Shown here one piece after another: positions 1 to 12,057 of a stretch of DNA of 61,156 bases. How positions within the stretch are numbered: position 1 is the stretch's first letter; every line of letters starts with the position of its first letter. The position numbers were made by a program, and so were the translations under genes. This DNA comes from Coniocarpon cinnabarinum. Its lineage: Eukaryota. The notes beneath the pieces were generated by a model. That model was not told the DNA's origin, did no database searches, and worked only from the letters and a program-made list of their open reading frames with translations. The stretch spans positions 1 through 61,156 of the forward strand of contig JAVECO010000144.1 in the NCBI GenBank assembly GCA_051942205.1. The letters are read 5' to 3'.

Positions 1-1
1 C

Positions 2-3000
2 CCTCCCTCGCACCACACCGTCCCTCTCTCTGTCCTCCACCGCGCCCGTCCGGTCCCCGCGGAATACCACAACTTCAGCGAGGATGCGGTGAGAAGGGCC
101 GAGGCGCAACAGCGGCATGCCCTGCGCAAGTCGGCCTCATATACCAGCTCCACCCCTGAGCGCCAGGACCGTGCTTCTCTGTTCGCTGATGCTGTCCATG
201 GCCTTCCCGACCCTTCATCCATGATGCCGGGCGCTCGTCATGGTTCCGCGTTTGGAAGCGCCGGCGGTGCTCTGGACTCGCCGCGGACCAAGCTCCGTGA
301 TGTGACCAACAACGACAGCGCGGCGGGCGCGGATGAGGCACTCTCACCGCGGGTGCCACACTCCCAGAGCTTCTCCAACGCCTCGCTCCGGAGCAACAAC
401 GATACTGCAGGCGCCAAGGAGAGGAGCCGAGCTGGATTTCTCAAGCGTATGTTTACGTCCAACCGGACCAGCTCACTTTCGGACCTGAGAAACCAAGCTC
501 CACAGCTTCCACCGCTTGAGACGCAAACGCAGAAAGACGACCGACGGTCTCAAGCATTGCAGGAGCATGAAGCGACCAAGTCAAGCGGCGTAGCCTCCCA
601 GACGCCTCCGGAGCCGCCCGCGCCGTCCGAAGAGCCATCAACTCCTCAGCGGCCGCCACAGCTGCGGTCGAAGCGCTCATTCTTCCAGCGGCGGCGGAAG
701 AGCGTCAGCCAGCAGGATGTCCCGGACATGCCGTCACATCCGCCGCCGCCAGCCCCGTCCGCCGGTCAGCACTCGAACCGCCCTTCCACCAGCAGCTTGA
801 GGCAAGTGATGAATCCGTGGATCAGTGGGCCGAGCTCCCCGCGCCGACGACCGCCAGAGGAAGTGGAGCGCGACAGCCTCGACGAGGTGCCCCATCCCCA
901 TCGGAGAGCGCCCGAAACGCAGGACGCATACGAGTTTCTGCGGACAACGGCGCCGCCTGGGTGGGTGGGGCAGTCCCAACCAGGTACACAGCTCCCGCCA
1001 CGCGGAGGCCACAAGGCCATCCCAACTTCGCCCAACACCGCCCGTTCGCGGCCTGCAGACTCACCCCTGCCATCTGGTGGCGCTGACGATGCGGACATGA
1101 AATTGGGCGAATCTCCAGCGTCTGCGGCCATGACCAAGGCTCTGCGCCGCCGCTCAGCAACCTCGCCTGCTGCACAGTCCAGAGCTGCCGATGCCGCAAA
1201 GGCGGGCAACGACTCCGCCGCCAAGACCGCCTCAACAGCTATGGTCCAGAACGAGTCCTCGAGGCCAGACCACCTCCAGAACCGTGATGCGGACGCCAGT
1301 CCTGCTCACGTTACGTCACGGGACCGGGATGCCTGGTTGCTCTCAGACACTCAGCCTGCACAGGTCAAACACAGTCCCAAGCCTCAAGCGAGGGTCTGGA
1401 TCGAGCCCAACGACTCTGACGAGGAGACACCTGTGCAACAGAATGTCGACACCGACGACCGACCGATATCACCTCGAGTCGACATCCATGCTCCTCCAGA
1501 GGTTTCACCCACGCAAGACGACTTCATTTCTGCGAGAAGCGTTCCTGGGGTGCATCTGGAGGATTACGACGAGGACGATCCTGTATCACCGCTGACAAGG
1601 CCTGAAGAGGTCGACTTTCCGGTCCGCAAGGAGTCTTATGCCCTTCTCCAGGAGGACAAAGCTCAAGAACACGCCCGTGAGATCTTCGAGGCACAGAACA
1701 ATCGTGATCTCCGTGAGCAAGGACTCATTGAGCTTGGTGAGCCAGGCGAGAATGGCAATAGGTTGCGGGCCGCTTTCATGAGCTTCTTCGATTTTGCAGG
1801 ACTGAACATTCTTTTAGCGTTGCGAGATCTTTGTGCGCGGATGACATTGAAGGGCGAGACGCAGCAGATGGATCGCATTGTGGGAGCCTTTGCGAGGCGG
1901 TGGTGTGAAAGCAACCCGAACCACGGCTTCAAGAGTACAGACGTCGTCCACACGATCTGCTACTCGTTGGTGTTGCTGAACACGGATCTGCACGTGGCGG
2001 ACCTGACGGACAAGATGACCCGCAATCAATTTGTGAGGAATACTGTGCCTACGCTTCGGAGGCTTGCCGAAGTCGAATCAGAATCACCCGACGCCACGAT
2101 CAAAGCCAAACCGCAGCCACAACGCGGCTCCATACCCTTCGCAACGGATCGGCCGACGAGCCCGATGGAGACAGACACTCGCCTCTCAGCGGACGATCGA
2201 CCTGCATTCAGCCGCATGTCTACCAAACTCTCGTTGCGACCGACGTCTGAGATTCCATCGATTGCCAGTCCGAGCCCATATGACAACCATCGCGTGGACC
2301 CCTCCGAGCTACTTGTCAACAGTCCTTTCGAGGGTGACATGAAGGGCTGGGAAAACACGCTTGAAACTGTGCTCAAGGAGTACTACCTGTCCATTCGCCA
2401 GCTGAGGCTTCCGCTACACGGCGCGGACGAGAGCTCTCTCAACGAGCAGCCTTCCACCAGTAGTCTGTCCGTCATGACCAATTTGATGCGTCGGACAGGC
2501 AGTGTCATCTCCCGTGCACCTTCGGAAGACTCCCGTGGCAGAGCTGCCAACTTCCGCGCCGCAGCCAGTCGATTTGCATCCAAGAATCGTTCCAGGCCGC
2601 GCCTGTACCCAACGTCTACTCTCGGCTCGAGTCGAACTGCCAGTCGCACGAGTTTGGAGGATAACAACGTCTGGAGTCCGTCTGCATCCAGTTTCACCAG
2701 TCAAGGCAAGACTCTGACCACAATGTCCACTGACTCTCTCAGTTCGAGACTTCCGCCACCAGAGATGGGTTATCAGCAATCGATTGGGTTTGCTAACGCT
2801 TTGAGTCATGTCATCATTCGGGAAGAAAGCTCGTCAATTTTTGACCGCGATGCCGAGACCGACGCTTCGCTCCTCGACGATGATAGCTTGGAGCTTGCTG
2901 GCGCGCCGTGGGCCAAGGAAGGGATCGTGCAACACAAGCATCACCTCGAGGGCGATGGGAAGAAGTCCAAAGATCGCAACTGGTCTGAGTGCTTTGCCGT

Positions 3001-4183
3001 CATCCAGCGGGGCAGCATGCGGCTGTTCTCGTTTGCAGGGAAGGGCTCGACCCGTTCGCAAAAGAAGAACGCACCCAAAGCAGGAGGTGTCGTCGGTGGT
3101 GGCAATTGGCTGGAGAACGCGGAAAACCTCGCATCCTTCACCCTGCGTCACACCATCGCCAATGTCCTGCCATCTCCGGGCTACTCCAAACAACGTCCCA
3201 ATGTCTTTGCCCTGTCCCTACCAAATGGCTCTGTTCACCTCTTTCACGTGGGCACCGCTGAGATTGCGCAAGAGTTCGTCGTCACGGCCAACTATTGGTC
3301 TGCACGCCTCTCCAAGGAGCCGCTCGTTGGCGGCGTCAGCAACGTCGAATACGGCTGGGGCGAATCCGTCATCAACACGGCGCTGATCGGCACCGCCTCC
3401 ACGGCGGACGCCAACACCAATGCCGCTAACAGGACGAACCCAGCTCAACCACCGAGTTCGTTCCACTTACCGCGCGCTGAGAGCAGTCTCTCGAACTCGG
3501 CCACGCCTAATGGTCGTAATAGCGGCTCTGGCAATCGCAGTCTCCATTCGCCGACGCCTTCCTCCAGTTTCTCGATCCAAGGCGGTGTCTCCTCTGGCCC
3601 GTCAAACGAACGCGTCAACTCTATGCATCGCCCCTCCATCTCGGGGTCTTTGCGTAGTTCTTTCGACGCGCCGCGCCAGGCGGCCTACCGAAATCGCCTC
3701 CCTGCTGATCGACTCGTGCTTGGATCTTGGCAACCGCCGCAGCAATCACTCATGCCTTCGCATCTACCGGAAGCGGAGCAACTCGCGGCTCTCAAAGCGT
3801 ATGTAGCGAGCGTTGAGGACGACTTGGCTAAACATAATGAGTTGCGTCCTGCTCTGGCATTAGCGTTCACGCCCCGCTCTGTGAACGCGGGGCGAGCGAT
3901 GGGGAACTGGGAGCGGAAGAGCCATTATCTGCTCAGAGAGATTGTCAAGTTCAGGACTTATGTCGATGTGTTGGAATTAGCGGCAGCGCGGCGAAAGGAG
4001 GTGAATGGCGAGACGACGACGAGCACGACGACGAAAGAGGATAAACGAGGGACGGATCCAGCATCGAAGGAAGCGAAGGAGACGGTCCGAGTCGTGACCG
4101 AGAAGGCAAGCGAAGACGAGGAATTGAGCGCGGAGACGTTGGAGGCGCTCCGAGGCGCGCAGAAACGGGAGCAAGAGGTGTAG
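2..4183 (+). CDS. Sec7- and PH-domain Arf guanine-nucleotide exchange factor (Syt1/Yel1/EFA6-like), 5'-truncated by the window edge
   Basis: Frame is open from base 2, so the GTG at 89 is not the real start. Sec7 motifs LKGETQQMDRIVGAFARRW and ICYSLVLLNTDLH; PH domain APWAKEGIVQHKHH...FVVTANYWSARLSKEPLVGGVSNVEYGW; C-terminal NWERKSHYLLREIVKF. Confidence 0.9.
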   Translation, partial: PPSHHTVPLSVLHRARPVPAEYHNFSEDAVRRAEAQQRHALRKSASYTSSTPERQDRASLFADAVHGLPDPSSMMPGARHGSAFGSAGGALDSPRTKLRDVTNNDSAAGADEALSPRVPHSQSFSNASLRSNNDTAGAKERSRAGFLKRMFTSNRTSSLSDLRNQAPQLPPLETQTQKDDRRSQALQEHEATKSSGVASQTPPEPPAPSEEPSTPQRPPQLRSKRSFFQRRRKSVSQQDVPDMPSHPPPPAPSAGQHSNRPSTSSLRQVMNPWISGPSSPRRRPPEEVERDSLDEVPHPHRRAPETQDAYEFLRTTAPPGWVGQSQPGTQLPPRGGHKAIPTSPNTARSRPADSPLPSGGADDADMKLGESPASAAMTKALRRRSATSPAAQSRAADAAKAGNDSAAKTASTAMVQNESSRPDHLQNRDADASPAHVTSRDRDAWLLSDTQPAQVKHSPKPQARVWIEPNDSDEETPVQQNVDTDDRPISPRVDIHAPPEVSPTQDDFISARSVPGVHLEDYDEDDPVSPLTRPEEVDFPVRKESYALLQEDKAQEHAREIFEAQNNRDLREQGLIELGEPGENGNRLRAAFMSFFDFAGLNILLALRDLCARMTLKGETQQMDRIVGAFARRWCESNPNHGFKSTDVVHTICYSLVLLNTDLHVADLTDKMTRNQFVRNTVPTLRRLAEVESESPDATIKAKPQPQRGSIPFATDRPTSPMETDTRLSADDRPAFSRMSTKLSLRPTSEIPSIASPSPYDNHRVDPSELLVNSPFEGDMKGWENTLETVLKEYYLSIRQLRLPLHGADESSLNEQPSTSSLSVMTNLMRRTGSVISRAPSEDSRGRAANFRAAASRFASKNRSRPRLYPTSTLGSSRTASRTSLEDNNVWSPSASSFTSQGKTLTTMSTDSLSSRLPPPEMGYQQSIGFANALSHVIIREESSSIFDRDAETDASLLDDDSLELAGAPWAKEGIVQHKHHLEGDGKKSKDRNWSECFAVIQRGSMRLFSFAGKGSTRSQKKNAPKAGGVVGGGNWLENAENLASFTLRHTIANVLPSPGYSKQRPNVFALSLPNGSVHLFHVGTAEIAQEFVVTANYWSARLSKEPLVGGVSNVEYGWGESVINTALIGTASTADANTNAANRTNPAQPPSSFHLPRAESSLSNSATPNGRNSGSGNRSLHSPTPSSSFSIQGGVSSGPSNERVNSMHRPSISGSLRSSFDAPRQAAYRNRLPADRLVLGSWQPPQQSLMPSHLPEAEQLAALKAYVASVEDDLAKHNELRPALALAFTPRSVNAGRAMGNWERKSHYLLREIVKFRTYVDVLELAAARRKEVNGETTTSTTTKEDKRGTDPASKEAKETVRVVTEKASEDEELSAETLEALRGAQKREQEV

Positions 4184-5035
4184 GTTATGAGATATGGTGT
4201 TCCGATTTGATGATTGTTCTAGTAATGTTGACGGTGAGAGACTGTCACAGTGAGAGGGATGTGTGCGGGAGTGACTAGGTGTAGGATGGCTGGATGTGGG
4301 AGTGGGAGTGGCCATGGAGCTTTCGGAGGAGATGAGATGTTTGTATGATTTGTGGTGATACCCATGTTAGCACGCCATTCATGAAATTCGTTATTTCTCT
4401 GCTACTCGTGCGCTGTCTTCATGACGATGTCCCAAGATTTGGATGGAGCGAAATTTACGGAATCGTCTAGCTCTTTGGTAGACACCTACAGATGTGCTGT
4501 TTGGATGGTTCACAACTGTCTAGTCTCAGCGAAGAGGATAGCGTCACGCCTATCGCCAGCTAAAGGGTGTTGGGTTCGTATTTCGATGGTGTGAAGAGAA
4601 GTGCTTGGGCTGTTGACAGGGGACGCAATCGCAAAGCCAATCAACATTGTATTGGGCATGATCTTTTGCGCGTGGCATTCATGATTCTATGAGCTGATGA
4701 CTAATTCGCCTTCGAATACAGCAATGCCTTTGCTCTTGTGCGGTGCACTTCACCAGCGGTCTCTCGCGTCGGTCACATCGCCACTCGCTGTCATCACCGA
4801 TTCAGGCTGTCAAGAATATGTCTCTTGCACCTGCTACTGACACCGTCACTTCTGCAGCGTTTCTGGATGTCGCCGCGCTCCTCTCGCCCCCTTCGCGCAA
4901 TCCGCTTGCACGTCTTTCAAGGAGGTCCATCGCTTAATGGGCCATCTCGTCCGTCGATCGTCTTTTCGTCCATGATTCATTCATTCCCGGAGAGGACACC
5001 GGAGAGCACCAGATTCACTCACGCCGGCCGTTCTA

Positions 5036-6495
5036 CTACCCCTTCCGCCGTCTCGTCCCCTCCGCTTCCTCTTCTTCCTCCATCCCATCCATCCCGCCAT
5101 ATCCACCCCTTCCCCCTTTGACCTCAAGCCCACAACTCAACATCTCCACCCTCCACAGCCGCAGTCTGAGCGCCCGCTCCTGCTCATCCGCGCTCTTAAT
5201 CGCCTTCTCCGCGATTCTGATCCTCTCCGACGTGGTCGCCGGCTTCAGCAGTAGTCCCGCTGGCGCATCAATCCTCGCTTGCAGCGTATTCGACGTAATC
5301 AGCCCGATGAGCTCCTCTTGCATGCTTTGCTCGTTCCCGTCGCCAAAGGCTTCAGCCATGCTTTGAATCGTGACGGCGCTGAAGGGCTTGAAATACTCGA
5401 CGATGCATTTTCGTCGGATCAGCGTGATGAGGTTCTCGACGTGGCGGTGGAGGTAGACGTCGCAGAGCCAGTCGGCGCGGTAGGCTGATAAGGTGGAGAG
5501 GCATTGTGTGTATTTCCCTGATGCAAAGGCCGTGAGCGCCCGTCGCATGTGCGGTTCAAGCTCTAGAAATTGTCGGAACGGCGCGCTGGACTCGAGGACT
5601 TGTGACTGTATCTCGCCGCGGTTGAGTGTTGCCAACGCACAGAGGGCGCCATAAGTCGCGACGTCGTTTGGACTCAGGACTGCGCGATTCAGCTGAATGC
5701 CATTGCCTACGCTTTCCATCGTCGTAAACGCCGGATCCGTGGCGATGAAATGCGCCGCCGCCGTCGCGAAGTCCGCATTCGAGAGATACGCGAGACCCAG
5801 CAATGGTTTCAGCGCAGGGGCAATCTTATTGTAGTCACCAAAGGTTGGCTGAGCCAGGACCCGACTCACGAATACCTGGACATTCATCCAATTTTGCTGC
5901 GCCACGGCTACAAGCGCCATGCGTAAGTGCATATACGCCAGATGCGCCTGCGTCGTGCAAAATTCGCGCATCTTGCCGTACGCCCTCCCCGCTTCGGCCA
6001 GATTTCCGGTAGCGAACTGATGCGTGCCTAACTCCTCCTGCGCCATACGGATTGACTCTTTAATCAGATTGTTCTTGTAACCCTTTAATTCGCTTTCTAA
6101 CCGACTTGTTTCCGCGTTCGTCTGGGCGGTGGATTGAGCGATCCATGCTTCGTCGGGTTGGACGGTGAGATCGTTGGGGTAGTGGTTTGTTAAGTATGAG
6201 GAGAGGGCAAAGTAGCGGGGGATGTTTCTTGAGGATTTGGCAGAGGCTTGGGCGGCGCGGAGGGCGTCGTGGGAGAGTGGTAGTGAAGTCAAGCCGATGT
6301 GCGTAAGGCGGTCGAGACGGGTGGGGGGGTCGTAGTTGGAGATGTGGGTTTCGAGGTCGAATTTGGGGGGTTCTGGCTTGGAGTCAGCGGCCCCACTGGC
6401 GATAATGGAATTTGAGAGGCTGTATGCTTACCATTGACTTGGATGGCGGGTGGGTGAAGGGCTATTTCTTGCTTGATGGAGGCTTCGTCGTCCAT
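5036..6495 (-). CDS. CSN1: COP9 signalosome subunit 1 (RPN7/PCI domains); 2 exons: 6495-6432, 6372-5036
   Basis: Intron 6431-6373 (GTAAGC...GCTGAC...CAG) restores EPPKFDLETHISNY. Family motifs LESELKGYKNNLIKESIRM, DVATYGALCALAT, FRQFLELEP and PCI end LQARIDA. Confidence 0.93.
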
Positions 6496-7806
6496 TTTGG
6501 TCAGTGGTGGTGTTGCGAGATGCGTGAGAGAGAAGATTGTGAATTCGTTTCAATTACGTAAAGCTAAGCATTGAATCATGTCAGAGGCTCCAATTTGATC
6601 GCCATGCTATGTAGAAGCTCAGCAAACGCGTCCACCTTATGTCTCGTGAGGTAGAGATTGATATACGCTGTGCAAATCCATCCCATCTAAAGTCCGAGAT
6701 CTTGCTTCTAGAGCCGAATCTTGGTGACACGACCGAAATAAACTGACGCGCAAGCAGGGTGTCAAGATAGTCTCTCTACACGAGTTCGCTCCCAGCCGCT
6801 CGCGACTTTTGTGCCACGTCTATCTGCTTAAGAGCAGTGTAGCAGAACCCTTGCAGAACAGGTCGAATCTGAGCAACGGGTATCGTGTGTGCGAGGTCTC
6901 CCATTGCCCTCTTTCGTGGTATCAGAGCGCCCCGATAGGACGCAGCAGATCCCAAAGATGATTCCTTGCGGACAACGCAAAAACGGAGATATTACGACGG
7001 TGGTACGCAATGCACTGCTTGTGGCGGAAAGGGCCATGTCTAGCGACGAGGAGGAATAGCGCGAGGAAGTGTATGACATTTCATTCTTCACCCAGTGGAG
7101 GCCTTGGCTTACGATTTGCGGCCCCGATTTCTGCAAGTTCGTACACGGGTCTGGCGCATCCCGTACAGGCCTGAGATACGTTCGACGAGAGCCAACTTAT
7201 TTGCTCAGCAACGTCAGTGGGCGGATCAGGGTGCTGACAACCTCTTGGCAAAAAGCTGTCCTACGGGTATCGCGATGATCTTTTTGAACAGTTGTTGTTT
7301 CGGGGAGTGAGTTTGGTAAAATTGGGCTTCGTCTGGAACTATGACTTCGACCGGCTGGATTCATGACTTGCGGCCGTACATAGATAGCAGTCCCCTAAAC
7401 GTGATACTTTGCATCGAGCAAAGAAACCAATACGACAGTAGTGCGGTGTGACGCGAGTATGCACGGATACTTGAGCTAGCTATTGCACGCAATTGGACCT
7501 TTCATTTCGTAATTCAAGTTGTGCCAGTCAAAACGGATTCCATATCTTGAGAAATAAAAGAGTAGAGTATCCACACGTGCAACGGAAGATCGGCAGCCGA
7601 GATCTCTTGGCGGCAAATGTTGACGAAGATCACCTCTTTGCTTGCGTACTCTTCGAGGCAGTGGTTGCGAAATCGTTTAGCGTCGTTCCTTCGAGCGTTT
7701 ACTTGATCATCATGCGTCTTTCTTCCTTCAGTCGTCAAACACGATCGTCCTTTGTAACCCTGGGCGGCAAAAACAGGCGCTCACCTGCAGGAGATCGAGC
7801 AGGAGG

Positions 7807-9675
7807 ATGCTCCAACATGGCCATCTTATGGTCCTGGCGATAGCAGTGCTGACAACAGCGCAAAATGTCGTCAACATCACCCCAAATGCCACGGTCGCGC
7901 AGGCAGGCCGCAGCATATCACAGATCATCAATCCGGCCTTTGCTGGCTTCGGCATTGAACCGTCCAATCTCATCTCGTATACTGGGGCCGAGGAAGCAAA
8001 TGCGCTGTCGTTGAACCTGCTGTATACGCTGGCCAATTACACGGGTGTGCCGCCTCACTTTCGCATAGGTGGCAACACGCAGGATAACATGGTCTATGTT
8101 GAGGACTATGGCCAGTACTATCTTGCAACTAACCCTACGCCACAAGGTAACGGACAAGTGCCATGGGATCTATACACGTTCGGGCCTTTGTATCTGGAAG
8201 CGTTGGATCGTTTCCCTCCCGGCACACCTATCACATACGGGTTGAGCCTGGCGTACGACTTCGCTAATTGGACGGAGCAAATCGTCGCCCGCGCCAATGC
8301 CACGCAGTCGTTGCTGAAACAAACGAAGCTAGCGTCGTTCGAGATTGGCAACGAAGTCAATTTGTACCTACAGAACGAGTTCCGTAATGGCAGCTGGGGT
8401 GGGCAAGTCTACTCACGAGAGTGGTTGCAAAGGGCAGATGCCGTATTCCAGAACGTGCTGAAACCTGCAAACATCCAACCCAACTTCTTTGAGCCAGGAT
8501 GCACCTCTTCTACCATTGGTACCACGTTTGAGATCTCCCAACTTGCAAATCAGTACGGCATTACTGCTCCACCGAACGGGACTGGCAATAACTCACAAAC
8601 GTTTGTATCCGCGTGGAATCAACATGATTACTACTATTACTTAGGTATCTCAGACTACAACTTGATTCTGGATCAACTGATGAGTCTCCGAACCGTTCCG
8701 GACCAGTTCCAAGCATGGGCGGATCAAGTACAAGAAGCCCTGGAAACTCGGTTCCCGTATGTTTTGCGTGAGTACGCGTCCGTTGGTCCAACTGGTGAAA
8801 AAGGCATCTCAGACACGTTCGGTGCCACATTATGGACACTCAACTCGATGCTTTACTTTGCAACGTTGAACATATCCTCAGTACAGTACCACATGACAGA
8901 CGACAGCTATGCCGCTGCGTGGCAACCGCTTGATCGCGAAGATGCGCCAGCGCATGTTCGGTCTTCTTTCTACGCATTTGCAGCTATGAATCAAATCATT
9001 GGACCGCAGTGCTCGACACAAATACAAGCAATGCCTGTCAATGATCCTCCCGGAGGGTACGCAGATCGTCTTGGCGCCTATGCGTCCTACAAGCAAGGCG
9101 ATCTGGCGTCAATGATATTGCTGAACACGAAAATGTCAAACTCGTCCGCTCCATCGAGAGGCTCGGTCACGTGGAATCTCGACCTGCCGCTATTGTCAGG
9201 CCAGACGTTGTACCTGTCCTATCTGTCTGCGGCTGGCGCAGATGCGGTATACAATACCACATGGAATGCCATGAACTATGAGCAGAATGGGATTGGGCTG
9301 CCGACAACAATGTATCAGGCGGTTCCAACAGCTGTGGTTGGACCTGACGGAGCAACTACAGTATCATTGAGGGACTCTGAAGCTGTTGTGGTCAACGTTG
9401 GTCATCAAATTGGTGTTGGTGAGAGATATAACCAGACTGCATGCCAGGAATTGGCTAGCCGGCAGCCAGTGCCACTGCCGGACGCTGTGAATGACGACGG
9501 TAGTCCAGAGCAGTCAGCGCCGCCGTCAGCCACGTCCACGTCCACTTCCACGGCCACCTCGACGAATGACAGCAAGGCCATAAGACTAGTCACAACGGAT
9601 TGGAAAGTGATTGTTGCGCCACTTTTCTTGACGACAGCATCGTTGGCGTTTGGATTCTGTGGTATATTGATATAG
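7807..9675 (+). CDS. Glycoside hydrolase family 79 (beta-glucuronidase-like), secreted, probably GPI- or membrane-anchored
   Basis: N-terminal signal peptide; FRIGGNTQD; acid/base motif FEIGNE; candidate nucleophile VLREY; GISDTFGATLWTL; Ser/Thr stalk followed by a hydrophobic C-terminal tail. Confidence 0.85.
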   Translation: MLQHGHLMVLAIAVLTTAQNVVNITPNATVAQAGRSISQIINPAFAGFGIEPSNLISYTGAEEANALSLNLLYTLANYTGVPPHFRIGGNTQDNMVYVEDYGQYYLATNPTPQGNGQVPWDLYTFGPLYLEALDRFPPGTPITYGLSLAYDFANWTEQIVARANATQSLLKQTKLASFEIGNEVNLYLQNEFRNGSWGGQVYSREWLQRADAVFQNVLKPANIQPNFFEPGCTSSTIGTTFEISQLANQYGITAPPNGTGNNSQTFVSAWNQHDYYYYLGISDYNLILDQLMSLRTVPDQFQAWADQVQEALETRFPYVLREYASVGPTGEKGISDTFGATLWTLNSMLYFATLNISSVQYHMTDDSYAAAWQPLDREDAPAHVRSSFYAFAAMNQIIGPQCSTQIQAMPVNDPPGGYADRLGAYASYKQGDLASMILLNTKMSNSSAPSRGSVTWNLDLPLLSGQTLYLSYLSAAGADAVYNTTWNAMNYEQNGIGLPTTMYQAVPTAVVGPDGATTVSLRDSEAVVVNVGHQIGVGERYNQTACQELASRQPVPLPDAVNDDGSPEQSAPPSATSTSTSTATSTNDSKAIRLVTTDWKVIVAPLFLTTASLAFGFCGILI

Positions 9676-10029
9676 ACGTTGTCTTGTGTACAGACGTGCC
9701 GAGTAAACAACGGCACATGCTTGATGACAGATGTACGGCCAGCATAGACCTATAGACTTTGCAGATACGATTTTGTCAGCTCATGCCTAAAGCTTCTCTG
9801 CACTTCTGCATCAGTGCGCCGTATAACGACGTGAAACGTGTCGCAGCTCAGACGAAGACATAAAGCACACCAGGACTTAAGGTTTGCCAAGCCCGTTGCC
9901 AGGCCATCACCATTGTCAATCTCGAACGTGTCATGAGGGCCGCCTGGCGAACATACTGACGCAGCTACAACTTTGCAAGTGCCATTTCCGGCATAGCATT
10001 TCCATGAGATAGAACGAGGCACATGCTGA

Positions 10030-11573
<1,544 letters not shown>

Positions 11574-11877
11574 TGGACGCGCGCGCTTTCCGGCTGAGGC
11601 GCTCCAGTGTAGACGACGGCATGAGTATGATCTGGTTCCATGATAGCGAGGCGTTTCCGGAGGGTCAGCGGAGAATAATAACATGATGGCGGTTGTCTCA
11701 TCGAAGAGGGCGAGCTGCTCACGCGGGCATTCCATCCCACCCTCCTTCAATCATACCCAAGGGCCTGGTTGGGCTTGGGGCTAAGACACCAAGGGGAGCC
11801 TCGCTGCAACACTCCATGTCCACTTCTCCCCTTTCCCCCTTCCACCCTTGCTCGCCCCGTCAGCCACCTTGTCCATC

Positions 11878-11898
11878 ATGCCGTCTTCATGCAGGTGA
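11878..11898 (+). promoter_or_regulatory. Short upstream ORF (MPSSCR*) in frame with the chitinase CDS
   Basis: ATG at 11878 in an ATC-ATG context, TGA at 11896-11898; same frame as chitinase ATG 12058 with no further stop between them. Confidence 0.5.
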
Positions 11899-12057
11899 CT
11901 CGCCGTCATCGTCTTGCTGGGAGCCTGCCTGACCTGTTGGCTGCTGGACGGCGTATTTGCGCCGTCGAGGAATATATATGGCCTCCGGTTGACCAGGACA
12001 GCAGCCAAGCCAGCGCAGTCATCGCTTCTTCATTCTGATCTATCGTCACCAGTCAAC

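Noticed and set aside
89..91. GTG start assigned to the Sec7 ORF, and similar GTG/TTG starts at 6292, 10066, 12519, 21806, 46891 and 51680
   Set aside because: Eukaryotic genes: these are internal codons. True starts are ATGs in other exons, nearby in-frame ATGs, or outside the window.
6939..7043. Short plus-strand frame ending ...TQCTACGGKGHV*, resembling a zinc knuckle or CxxCxGxG motif
   Set aside because: Lacks the final Cys, no credible start or branch site, and too short to distinguish from chance.
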